Source: an archaeon (GTDB lineage: Archaea > Iainarchaeota > Iainarchaeia > Iainarchaeales > DTGL01). From it: a stretch of DNA of 64,000 bases. The stretch lies in contig JAPDKC010000020.1 in NCBI GenBank assembly GCA_029258755.1, positions 532 through 64,531 of the forward strand, in the 5' to 3' direction. Under the pieces are notes generated by a model. It was not told the DNA's origin. It saw nothing but the letters and a program-made list of their open reading frames with translations, and did not search any database. Both the position numbers and the translations under genes were made by a program. Below are positions 8,460 through 17,131 of this stretch, piece after piece (the stretch's first letter is position 1; each line of letters starts with the position of its first letter).

Positions 8460-11419
8460 GCACCTTCTAAAATCTTCTGTTCCAAATCTAGCCCTATAAC
8501 GCTTGATTTATCCTTGCTCATAGTCACGCCGATTATTTGGTCAGCTTTCTTTATAACAGCCTGGTTGTGGGTTATAACAATAATCTGGGCTTTTTTCGAG
8601 AATTCTTTCAAAGCGCTAGCTACTTTTTCAGAATTTATCTCATCCAGAGCTGCATCGGCTTCATCCAAAACATAGAGAGGTGCTGGCTTGTAGAGGAGTA
8701 TTGCGAAAATAAATGTAAGTGCTGTAAGAGTTTTTTCGCCACCGCTCATGCTATCTATAGATTGAAGCGCTTTGCCTTTATGTTTCGCCTCTATTATAAG
8801 GCCTGCGGAGGTGGGCTCATTATAATCGGTAAGCTTTAGTTCTGCATAACCTCCAAAAAATTTGTAAAACATGTTTGAAAAATTCTTTCTAATAGCGTTA
8901 AAGCATTCCATAAAAACCTCATTTCTTTTTATCTCTATCTTCCTTATCATATCAAGCACAGCTTCTCTTTCTTCCTCGAGTTTTTGTATCTTTTCCTTCA
9001 CCTCGAGCAGGGAAGCTTCTTCTTCCTTTATTGCCTCCGCTGCTTTTAGATTCACAGGCCCTATCGCTGCAAGCTCCTTTTCAACTTTTGCAAGCTCTTT
9101 CTTCAATTCCTTCGCGGTTAGTTCTGTTAGCAATTGTGTTTTTGGAAGATTTTTCAATTCCTCCTCCAAATCGGTAAGCCTTACCTCACTCTTCCCTATT
9201 TCCAAGCGAGCATTGTTTATCTCTTTTTCAATGAGCTTTTTCTCATTTTCCAAAGATTCCAGTTCGCTGCTCAATTTTTCAGCATGGATAAGCATGTTCT
9301 CCTTCTTATTGATAAGTCCTTTTATCGATTCTGCCCTTTCATTCCTCTTTATCTCAAGCTTTGCCAATCTTTCTTTAAACTTTTGTAGTGCCTTATTCCT
9401 TTCCTCGATGAATGTTTCGTTTTCCCTCTTTTCTTCAGCCAGCTTTTGTATCTTCGTCCTTATTTTTTTAATCTCTTCATCTAAAGATTTGATACGCTGC
9501 TCAGATGATGTGAGATTGTGCTCTAAAAGCTCTTTTTTGTGCTTTAGTTCCGCAAGCCTTTCTCTTAACAGTGTTGCCTCATCGCTTTTAAGTTTTCCTA
9601 ATTCTTCGAGCAAAAGTGCTTTTCTTTCCTTTATTTTGATCCTCTCGTTTTCGAGTTTATTTAGCTCTGCTTTGATAGATTCCAAATCAATTAGAGAGTG
9701 TTTTTCCTTCTCTAAAAGAATTGAAAGTTCCTTAAGTTCTTTTGTCAGTTCCTTGTAAGCTGAGCATTCCCTGCTAAGCTCATTTAGCTTTTCCAAATCA
9801 GCTTCAGCAGAAGCTATCTTCTCAGAAAGTTCTCGCAAAGCTTTCTTGGTTTCATTAAGCTTTTGCTCTAAGAACACTAAACCCTTCTTTTTCTTCTCCA
9901 GCAATGACTTTCTTTTAGCTTCGTCCAAAGTACTTTCGCATAGAGGGCATTTGGTTTTAACCTTCTCAAGACTGCTTAACGCTTCTTTTGTTTGCTCAAT
10001 CTTTGTTAGTATTTCCCTTTCATTCCCTATTAGCTCTTTTTCTCGGGCTTTTAAGGAACGCAATAATGAATCCAAATTTTTTCCCTCTAAAACCTGCATT
10101 TGCTCCTTTAGTTTGCTTAGCTTATCTCTCTGTTTTGTTAGTTCCTCTATTCTTCTTTCAAGCTCCGCTATTCTTTCTTTCCTCATTTCATTTTCTTTTT
10201 CCGCACTACTCAGCAATTTTTGTTTTTTAACCAATTCTCTGTTTATTTCCTCGATTTGTTCCTCAAGAGCCTTAAGCTTGTTTTCAATTCCTAACGCTTT
10301 TTCCTCAGAATCTTTTGCTGCTTCCTCTACTTCAATAAGCTTGCTTTCCACCTCTTCGAGCTCTTTTCCTATAGATGCAATCTTTTGCTTGTATTCCTCT
10401 ATCTTTTTTTCCTCAACCTTTTTTTGTTCGAGCGCGTTTTTAAGTTCTTCTGCCAACTCTTCCTCCTGCTGATCCAATCTCTCAATAAGCTCTTTTCTTG
10501 CGATTATCTGTTGTTCTGTAACCTTAAGCTTGCTGTTTAACTCCTCTATTTGCTTTCCATACTCTTCGAATAGCTTACTTTGCTCTTCCATTATTTTATT
10601 CGCTAAAGCATCGATCTTTTCCTTGAGCTCCTTAATCCTTTTCTTTATTTTATTCGCTAAGCCCTCTTTTTTCTCAAGAAGCTCTAAACTTTTTTTCAGC
10701 TTTTGCTTGTTTCGCTCAATCTCAGCATTTATAGAATCTATTTCTTTCTTAAGCATTGTTGCTTTAATCGCATCCCTGCGCTTAACAAGCTTTTGGTATC
10801 GCTCTGCCTGTTCGCGTTCCCTTTGAAGCTCCTCCAAGCGCTTTAATCTTTCTCCCAGAACCAGATTTACATCCTTTATCTTTTCATTCACCTTGTCCAA
10901 ATTTTTTTGCGCTTCTTCGCGTTTCAATTCAAATTCTTTTATGCCTGCAAGCTCATCTATTATTGTTCTCCTCTGCTCAGGGCTCATTTCGATTATTCTT
11001 GTAACATCGCCTTGAGCTATAAAATTATGGGCATTCCTTAAGCCGAGCTCTTTAACAAGCGAGACAAGCTCGCTAAGAGATTTTTGCTCATCGTTAATTC
11101 TACAAATGCTCTTTCCTTTCATATCTATAGTTCTGCTCAATGTAATTGTTTCCTTCCCTCTTTTTATTTTAAGTTCCACTTTTCCGTATTTTTCTCTAGC
11201 GTTGCTGTTAATCAAATCCGTTATTCGCGATGCGCGCAAGCTTCTCATAGATGTTTCGCCGAGAACAAAAAGCAGAGAATCGAGTATATTGCTTTTTCCT
11301 GAGCCGTTGGGTCCCACTATTACAGTAAACCCTTTCCTAAATGGTATATTTGCTTTTTTAAATGATTTAAAGTTCTTAAGCTTCAGCTCCTTAAGCTCTA
11401 CCATAGGAATCGCTGTCAT
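8456..11419 (-). CDS. smc: SMC-family ATPase with central CXXC zinc hook
   Basis: NFKSF, GPNGSGKSNILD, SLRA...DLI, FIAQGDV, MSGGEKTLTAL, PAPLYVLDEADAALD, IVITH; long coiled coils; KCPLCE at residues 490-495. Confidence 0.9.
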   Translation of the reverse strand: MTAIPMVELKELKLKNFKSFKKANIPFRKGFTVIVGPNGSGKSNILDSLLFVLGETSMRSLRASRITDLINSNAREKYGKVELKIKRGKETITLSRTIDMKGKSICRINDEQKSLSELVSLVKELGLRNAHNFIAQGDVTRIIEMSPEQRRTIIDELAGIKEFELKREEAQKNLDKVNEKIKDVNLVLGERLKRLEELQREREQAERYQKLVKRRDAIKATMLKKEIDSINAEIERNKQKLKKSLELLEKKEGLANKIKKRIKELKEKIDALANKIMEEQSKLFEEYGKQIEELNSKLKVTEQQIIARKELIERLDQQEEELAEELKNALEQKKVEEKKIEEYKQKIASIGKELEEVESKLIEVEEAAKDSEEKALGIENKLKALEEQIEEINRELVKKQKLLSSAEKENEMRKERIAELERRIEELTKQRDKLSKLKEQMQVLEGKNLDSLLRSLKAREKELIGNEREILTKIEQTKEALSSLEKVKTKCPLCESTLDEAKRKSLLEKKKKGLVFLEQKLNETKKALRELSEKIASAEADLEKLNELSRECSAYKELTKELKELSILLEKEKHSLIDLESIKAELNKLENERIKIKERKALLLEELGKLKSDEATLLRERLAELKHKKELLEHNLTSSEQRIKSLDEEIKKIRTKIQKLAEEKRENETFIEERNKALQKFKERLAKLEIKRNERAESIKGLINKKENMLIHAEKLSSELESLENEKKLIEKEINNARLEIGKSEVRLTDLEEELKNLPKTQLLTELTAKELKKELAKVEKELAAIGPVNLKAAEAIKEEEASLLEVKEKIQKLEEEREAVLDMIRKIEIKRNEVFMECFNAIRKNFSNMFYKFFGGYAELKLTDYNEPTSAGLIIEAKHKGKALQSIDSMSGGEKTLTALTFIFAILLYKPAPLYVLDEADAALDEINSEKVASALKEFSKKAQIIVITHNQAVIKKADQIIGVTMSKDKSSVIGLDLEQKILEGA

Positions 11420-12210
11420 CTGGCTTTAGAGAAAGTAAGATAGTAATCAGTTATCGTTCCTAGGGAAAATGCAAAAATGAAGGTATTAAAAGCAGCATAT
11501 AGCAAGAGCACAGCAAGTGTATTTTCAAACATACTTAATACAAAGTATTGAAGAGCAACTATTACTAGTGTTATAAGCGCTAATACCAAACCTAGCGCTA
11601 TGGACTGCCAGAAAAATTTTCCTGTAAAATGCCAGCTGGCTTGTAGGGCTTTTCTTACATTGGCCTTTTGAGCAATCGCCGGCAAAGAAAACATAAACAG
11701 GCGCATAGCGGCTATAGAGATAAAGAGGGCAAAAAATATCAAAGCAAGGAAACCAAAGAAGAAATTAAAACCAAAGAGGTTGATAAGCGCTAAACTAATA
11801 ATCCCAGCTGCAGCAAAGAAAACGCCAAGAACGATTAAAAGCCCCAAAGAGCTTCCTATAGAGCTCAAAACAAAGCCAAGGGCTTTGCTTAGGTTCTTTC
11901 GTTTTCTTTCTAAAATAACACACTTTGAGTAATAGATCCCGATAAGAATGCTAAACCATAAATTAATTAATGAGGCAGAGAACATAACCAGAAGATTCTG
12001 GAATTTCGCCTTTATAAGAAACAATAATGTTGCAATAAAATCTGCTTCGATAATATTGGAGTAAAGAATTTTGTCGGCTATAGCCTCAACAAATGCTTGC
12101 AAGAAGAAAAAGAATAAGAACGCGCTTATAATTGCTCCTACAAACGGCACTATCAGAATGTATGGTTTTTTTGCTATAAGTTTTAGGGAATTGAGTATAG
12201 AGGCCAGCAT
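11416..12210 (-). CDS. Integral membrane protein, unknown function
   Basis: About 6 hydrophobic segments; overlaps the smc start (ATGA-type coupling). Confidence 0.7.
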   Translation of the reverse strand: MLASILNSLKLIAKKPYILIVPFVGAIISAFLFFFFLQAFVEAIADKILYSNIIEADFIATLLFLIKAKFQNLLVMFSASLINLWFSILIGIYYSKCVILERKRKNLSKALGFVLSSIGSSLGLLIVLGVFFAAAGIISLALINLFGFNFFFGFLALIFFALFISIAAMRLFMFSLPAIAQKANVRKALQASWHFTGKFFWQSIALGLVLALITLVIVALQYFVLSMFENTLAVLLLYAAFNTFIFAFSLGTITDYYLTFSKAR

Positions 12211-12275
12211 GCAACCACTTTTTAATATAGGTAACGAGCTTTTTTATTCTTTTTCATTCCTTTTTTGCTTATCTG

Positions 12276-13241
12276 TTATTCCAAGATCTCCACATGGTCT
12301 ATCAAGCCATCGCTGTCCAAATCTAGGCCTTCGACAACATGAGCGCAGCTACGCTTGTTAAACCTATTCGGCTTTATTATCTCCTCTGTGTTTTGAATTA
12401 AAGCCAAAACAGCCGCTTTTGTTCCAGCATTCCTTTTTCCCGCTATAAACAATATAGCCTTATCCTCGAAGTAAGGGTGCTTTATCTTCTCTATTATCCC
12501 AACAGCGTCTTCCGTGTATTCTTTCTCGGAGTTCTCGCTTATTATGAGCCAGTGAGCGTTCTTCTGCTCAAACCTTATGGAAAGATGTTCGTTCACTTCA
12601 GCGCTTGTTTTATTTGTTATTGGACCTCCGATAACTATAATATTATCATTTACTTTGCTTATATGGGGAAGCATCGTATCTAAAAACACGTAAGGGTAAC
12701 GAATGCTTCTGCAGAGGGTTCCGAGAAAGCCAGCAAGTTCTGTAGCTATGTGAGCATCTCTGGCCCTTGCTTTAAATACGCCGTGCGAATCTGGGGCGCC
12801 AACAACAATCTTCGCGTTGAGCTCGTTGTTTTCTATAAATGGATGGAAGAATTCTTGCAAGGGCTTTGGCATCCCTTTTTCCATGCCCTGAAGCTTTGAT
12901 ATGCTTGCAGAATCAAGTTGAGGAACAAAAGCAAAGCAGCTAACGTTTGCTTTGTAGTATTTCGCTAAGCCGCCTCTTTTTTCCTCGCGCTTTGTAAGCT
13001 TCACTAAGCCAGCGTTTTTGAGTTTATTTATATAATAATAAACCTCTTGTTGCTGCAATCCAAGTTTCTTTGCGATGTCTGCAGGATAGCTTTCCTTTTT
13101 GGAGAGCTCTTTAAATATAAGCCAGCATTTTTCATTTAGCAATGGTTTCAGCTTTTCTGTTGATTCTAGTACTTCAGCATCACACACGAAATACCTATTA
13201 TCTTTTTGAAAGGATAAACGAGCAAGCAATCTTACCACCAT
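12276..13241 (-). CDS. Winged-HTH (ArsR-like) regulator with C-terminal alpha/beta domain
   Basis: SYPADIAKKLGLQQQEVYYYINKLKNAGLV HTH; C-terminal IIVIGGPITN and IAGKRNAGTKAAV; divergent from glmS. Confidence 0.75.
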   Translation of the reverse strand: MVVRLLARLSFQKDNRYFVCDAEVLESTEKLKPLLNEKCWLIFKELSKKESYPADIAKKLGLQQQEVYYYINKLKNAGLVKLTKREEKRGGLAKYYKANVSCFAFVPQLDSASISKLQGMEKGMPKPLQEFFHPFIENNELNAKIVVGAPDSHGVFKARARDAHIATELAGFLGTLCRSIRYPYVFLDTMLPHISKVNDNIIVIGGPITNKTSAEVNEHLSIRFEQKNAHWLIISENSEKEYTEDAVGIIEKIKHPYFEDKAILFIAGKRNAGTKAAVLALIQNTEEIIKPNRFNKRSCAHVVEGLDLDSDGLIDHVEILE

Positions 13242-13415
13242 AATGCAATTTTTACCACTTTGAAATAATTTTTAATAATAGTGGGAATGTTTTTTATTTA
13301 TAACGCCTTATTCCTGCAAAAGCACTAAGAATTGTTTATTAATGGTACCAAAATGCTTCCAGCGGGATTTAAAAAGCACGGAGCAAAATTACTTTTACGT
13401 TTTCTAGGGATTGCT

Positions 13416-15164
13416 ATGTGCGGAATAATAGGTGTGCTTACTAAAGAGGGAAATGCTGGTAAATTGGCTTATGAGGGCATAAAAAGGCTAGATTATAGGG
13501 GCTATGATAGCTGGGGGATAGCGGTAAAAGGAAGTGGTTTAAGTATCTACAAGCGCACAGGCAAGATAGGAAGCATTCCTAATAAGCTCCTTCAAGGTAG
13601 TATTGCTATTGCCCATACAAGATGGGCGACCCATGGCAAGATCTCTGTAAGAAATGCCCATCCACATCTATCCCAAAATGGAAAGATTGCTGTTGTACAC
13701 AATGGCGTGATTGAAAACTTTCAGGAGCTTAGGGATTTCTTAGCGGAAAAAGGTTTTGTTTTCAAAAGTGACACAGACAGCGAGGTAATACCAATGCTCA
13801 TAGAGATGTACTTAGAAGAGGGCTGCAGCTTCAGAGAAGCTGTAAGAAAAGCACTATTGCACCTCAAGGGAAGCTATGCCATAGTTGCAATATATGAGCC
13901 AGAGCATATAATGATAGGTGCAAAGAACGCTAGCCCCTTGGTTGTTGGTCTGAGCGATGGAAGGGTTTTGTTCGCTAGCGATTTACAAGCAATAGCTCCT
14001 TATGCTGAAGAAGCAATTTTCCTCTCAGACCTCGAGCTTGTTGAAGCAAGCCCCGAAATTAAAATCTACAACATAGAAAGCGGTCTTTCTATAAAAAAGC
14101 TCCCGAAGAAAATAGACATTAACCTGTGTTATGCTGACAAGAAGGGATTTGAACATTATATGCTCAAAGAGATTTATGAGCAAGAGCAAGCAATAATTAA
14201 TGCTTCAGCTCAAAACGAATCATTGCTGAATAAGGTTGTTGAATCCATTAAAAGTGCTAATAAAGTTTTCATAATTGGCTGTGGAACAAGCAGGCATGCT
14301 GCAATGCTTGCCAGCTATATGTTTGCTAAAATTTCTAAATTGAATGCAAGCGCTTTGCTCGCATCCGAGTTTCCAAACTTTGCAAACCTTATTGATGAAA
14401 AAACGGTTATCATCGCTTTGTCTCAGAGTGGTGAAACTGCAGACGTTCTTGAGGCTGTAAGAGCGGCTAAAAGGAAAGGTGCAAAGATAATAAGCATAGT
14501 GAATGTTATGGGTTCCAGTTTGATGCAGATAAGCGATATAAACCTAATGATGAACGCTGGTCCAGAAGTATGCGTTCTTGCAACAAAAAGCTATTTAGCA
14601 CAGCTCGCAATACTTTACCTAATTGCCAACCATTTAATTGGCAATACTGAGCAAGCTAAAAAAGAGCTTGCAGAAGCAGCAAAAAAAGTGCCAATAATCA
14701 TAAAAAAGAACGAAAGAAAGGCAAAGCTGCTTGCGTCCAAACTCAAAAACACAAGCAGCATTTTTGTTATAGGGAAAAACGCATGCAGCATAACAGCTCT
14801 TGAAGGCGCTCTCAAAATAAAGGAAGTAAGCTATATTCATGCTGAAGGTTATGCTTCGGCAGAATTAAAGCATGGACCAATAGCGTTAATCGAAAAAAAC
14901 GTGCCTGTTATAGTTTTTGCACCGGATGCGAGCGACGAAAGCATAACTAATGCGATAGAGGCTAAGTCGCGAGGAGCACTTATCATCGGGGTCTCTACTG
15001 AAAGAGCAAAGTGTTTTGACTATTTTTTCAATGTGCCTTGCAAAGAACTATTTCCGATCCTTTCCATCATACCGATCCAATTGCTTGCATACTATCTCGC
15101 TTTAGAAAGAGGCTTAGATCCTGACAAACCAAGAAATTTAGCAAAATCTGTTACGGTGAAATGA
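13416..15164 (+). CDS. glmS: Glutamine-fructose-6-phosphate aminotransferase
   Basis: MCGI N-terminal nucleophile start, YRGYDS, HTRWATHG, SQSGET, ELKHGP, PRNLAKSVTV. Confidence 0.97.
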   Translation: MCGIIGVLTKEGNAGKLAYEGIKRLDYRGYDSWGIAVKGSGLSIYKRTGKIGSIPNKLLQGSIAIAHTRWATHGKISVRNAHPHLSQNGKIAVVHNGVIENFQELRDFLAEKGFVFKSDTDSEVIPMLIEMYLEEGCSFREAVRKALLHLKGSYAIVAIYEPEHIMIGAKNASPLVVGLSDGRVLFASDLQAIAPYAEEAIFLSDLELVEASPEIKIYNIESGLSIKKLPKKIDINLCYADKKGFEHYMLKEIYEQEQAIINASAQNESLLNKVVESIKSANKVFIIGCGTSRHAAMLASYMFAKISKLNASALLASEFPNFANLIDEKTVIIALSQSGETADVLEAVRAAKRKGAKIISIVNVMGSSLMQISDINLMMNAGPEVCVLATKSYLAQLAILYLIANHLIGNTEQAKKELAEAAKKVPIIIKKNERKAKLLASKLKNTSSIFVIGKNACSITALEGALKIKEVSYIHAEGYASAELKHGPIALIEKNVPVIVFAPDASDESITNAIEAKSRGALIIGVSTERAKCFDYFFNVPCKELFPILSIIPIQLLAYYLALERGLDPDKPRNLAKSVTVK

Positions 15165-16508
15165 ATGGCTACGCTAAAACTTTTTGGTACAGACGGGATA
15201 AGAGGAATTGCTAACCATTATCCAATAGAGCCAGCGACGATAGTTAAGATAGGCAAAGCATTGGGTTTGTTTCTAAAGAAGAAGGAAAAGAAAGCAAGCG
15301 TTGTCTTAGGCAAGGATACGAGGCTTAGCGGTTATATGGTAGAATATGCTTTAACCTCAGGTCTTCTCTCTGCAGGCATAGATGTTCTGCTTGTTGGACC
15401 TATGCCTACTCCAGCGATATCTCACCTAACAAAATCCCTGAACTGCAGTGCAGGCGTTGTTGTAAGCGCTTCTCATAATCCTGCCGAGCATAACGGAATA
15501 AAGATATTTTCAGCGAATGGCTATAAGTTAGATAAGCAAGCGGAGTGCAAGATAGAAGAAATATTTCTGAAGCTAGATTCTTATGCTAGTGAAGATGTTG
15601 GAAAAGCTTACCGAATAGATGATGCAAGAGGCCGTTACATAGAGTTTGTTAAGAGCACCATAGATAATTTTTCACTTGATGGAATGCGCATTGCTATTGA
15701 TTGCGCTAATGGCGCTAGCTATTCGATAGCTCCGAAAGTTTTCTCTGAATTGGGAGCTGAAGTTTTTGCTATTAATAATGCTCCAGATGGGCTGAATATA
15801 AATAGAAATTGTGGTGCTTTATACCCTGAAGCAATACAGAGCGAAGTCAAAAAAAGGAAAGCAGACATTGGCATAGCGTTTGATGGTGACGCTGATCGCT
15901 TGCTTGTTTGTGATGAAAAAGGCAGAGTATTAGCAGGAGATATTCTCATAGCAATTTTTGCAACCCATCTTTTAGAACAAGATACACTTTCAAGAAATGC
16001 AATAGTAGTCACTAAAATGAGTAATATGGCTTTAGACAAATTTTTGAATGAGAAAGGCATAGAAGTAATACGCACAGATGTCGGTGATAAAAACGTTATG
16101 CAAGCGATGCGCGAGCATAACACAAACTTTGGTGCTGAACAATCAGGACATATAATATTTGCCGATTATTGTGTAACTCCGGATGCTATAATAGCAGCAT
16201 TGCAGCTTGCAAGAATATTGAAGGAAAAAGGCAAAAAGCTGAGCAAGTTAGCGGAACTTTTCACACTTTATCCACAAATCCTTATAAACGTTCCAGTTAA
16301 AGAGAAGATACCGTTTGAAAATATCCCTTCAGTAAGGAGTGCTATTGAAAGGGCTAAAGATGAGCTTGGGGATGAAGGCAGAGTATTTGTTAGATATTCG
16401 GGAACGGAGCAGCTTGCAAGGGTTATGGTGGAAGGTAAAAATAAACAGAAAATAAAACTGCTTGCAGAAGAGATAGCCGGTGCTATAAGAAAGGAGTTGG
16501 GAGCATGA
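15165..16508 (+). CDS. glmM: Phosphoglucosamine mutase
   Basis: FGTDGIRG, SASHNP, DGDADR, RYSGTE. Confidence 0.95.
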   Translation: MATLKLFGTDGIRGIANHYPIEPATIVKIGKALGLFLKKKEKKASVVLGKDTRLSGYMVEYALTSGLLSAGIDVLLVGPMPTPAISHLTKSLNCSAGVVVSASHNPAEHNGIKIFSANGYKLDKQAECKIEEIFLKLDSYASEDVGKAYRIDDARGRYIEFVKSTIDNFSLDGMRIAIDCANGASYSIAPKVFSELGAEVFAINNAPDGLNINRNCGALYPEAIQSEVKKRKADIGIAFDGDADRLLVCDEKGRVLAGDILIAIFATHLLEQDTLSRNAIVVTKMSNMALDKFLNEKGIEVIRTDVGDKNVMQAMREHNTNFGAEQSGHIIFADYCVTPDAIIAALQLARILKEKGKKLSKLAELFTLYPQILINVPVKEKIPFENIPSVRSAIERAKDELGDEGRVFVRYSGTEQLARVMVEGKNKQKIKLLAEEIAGAIRKELGA

Positions 16509-17131
16509 AAATAACTATTGAGAGTATTCTTGAGGAGGCTAAAAAGCTTATTGATGACCCCGAGCCAAAATTCTGGGAACTTATAAACAAGCTGGAAAAG
16601 GTTGAGATAAAAACAGAACTCCTTGGCGAAATAGAGGATAACGTTGTAATAAAAGGTGATCTTTACTTAGGTAAAAATTCTGTGATAAAATCTGGAACGA
16701 GGATAGAAGGAAATGTATATATAGGTGAAAACTGCACCATAGGACCAAATGCTTATTTTCGTGGCAATGTTATCATTGCCAACAACTGCAAAATCTCGTA
16801 CTCGGAAATAAAAAACTCCATAATACTTTCACATACAAATGTTCCGCATTTCTCTTATGTAGGAGATTCTATATTGGGGGAAGATGTAAATCTCGGTGCA
16901 GGTACGAAGATAGCAAACCTGCGCTTAGATGAAAAAAATATTCAAGTAGAGATTTGCGGAAAAAAGTTTGACAGCAATAGAAGAAAGCTGGGTGCCCTTA
17001 TAAAATCCGGCACAAAAACTGGAATAAACGTTTCCATAAACTGTGGCGTTGTAATTGGAAAAAATTGCTTTATATATCCAGGGGCATTTGTTAAAGAAAG
17101 CATAGCCGATAATACTATTTTTACGCGCTAA
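16505..17131 (+). CDS. GlmU-like left-handed beta-helix acetyltransferase (stand-alone domain)
   Basis: Hexapeptide repeats, HFSYVGDSILG, NLGAGT.ANLR, RKLGALI; no N-terminal nucleotidyltransferase domain. Confidence 0.85.
   Translation: MKITIESILEEAKKLIDDPEPKFWELINKLEKVEIKTELLGEIEDNVVIKGDLYLGKNSVIKSGTRIEGNVYIGENCTIGPNAYFRGNVIIANNCKISYSEIKNSIILSHTNVPHFSYVGDSILGEDVNLGAGTKIANLRLDEKNIQVEICGKKFDSNRRKLGALIKSGTKTGINVSINCGVVIGKNCFIYPGAFVKESIADNTIFTR

Noticed and set aside
8456..11419. Plain Rad50
   Set aside because: The head motifs are Smc-type (DEADAALD, not DEPT) and there is no adjacent mre11.
8537..11429. Long plus-strand Ser/Phe/Leu-rich ORFs (e.g. 8871-9758, 9846-10472)
   Set aside because: Antisense shadows of the Glu/Lys-rich smc coiled coil.
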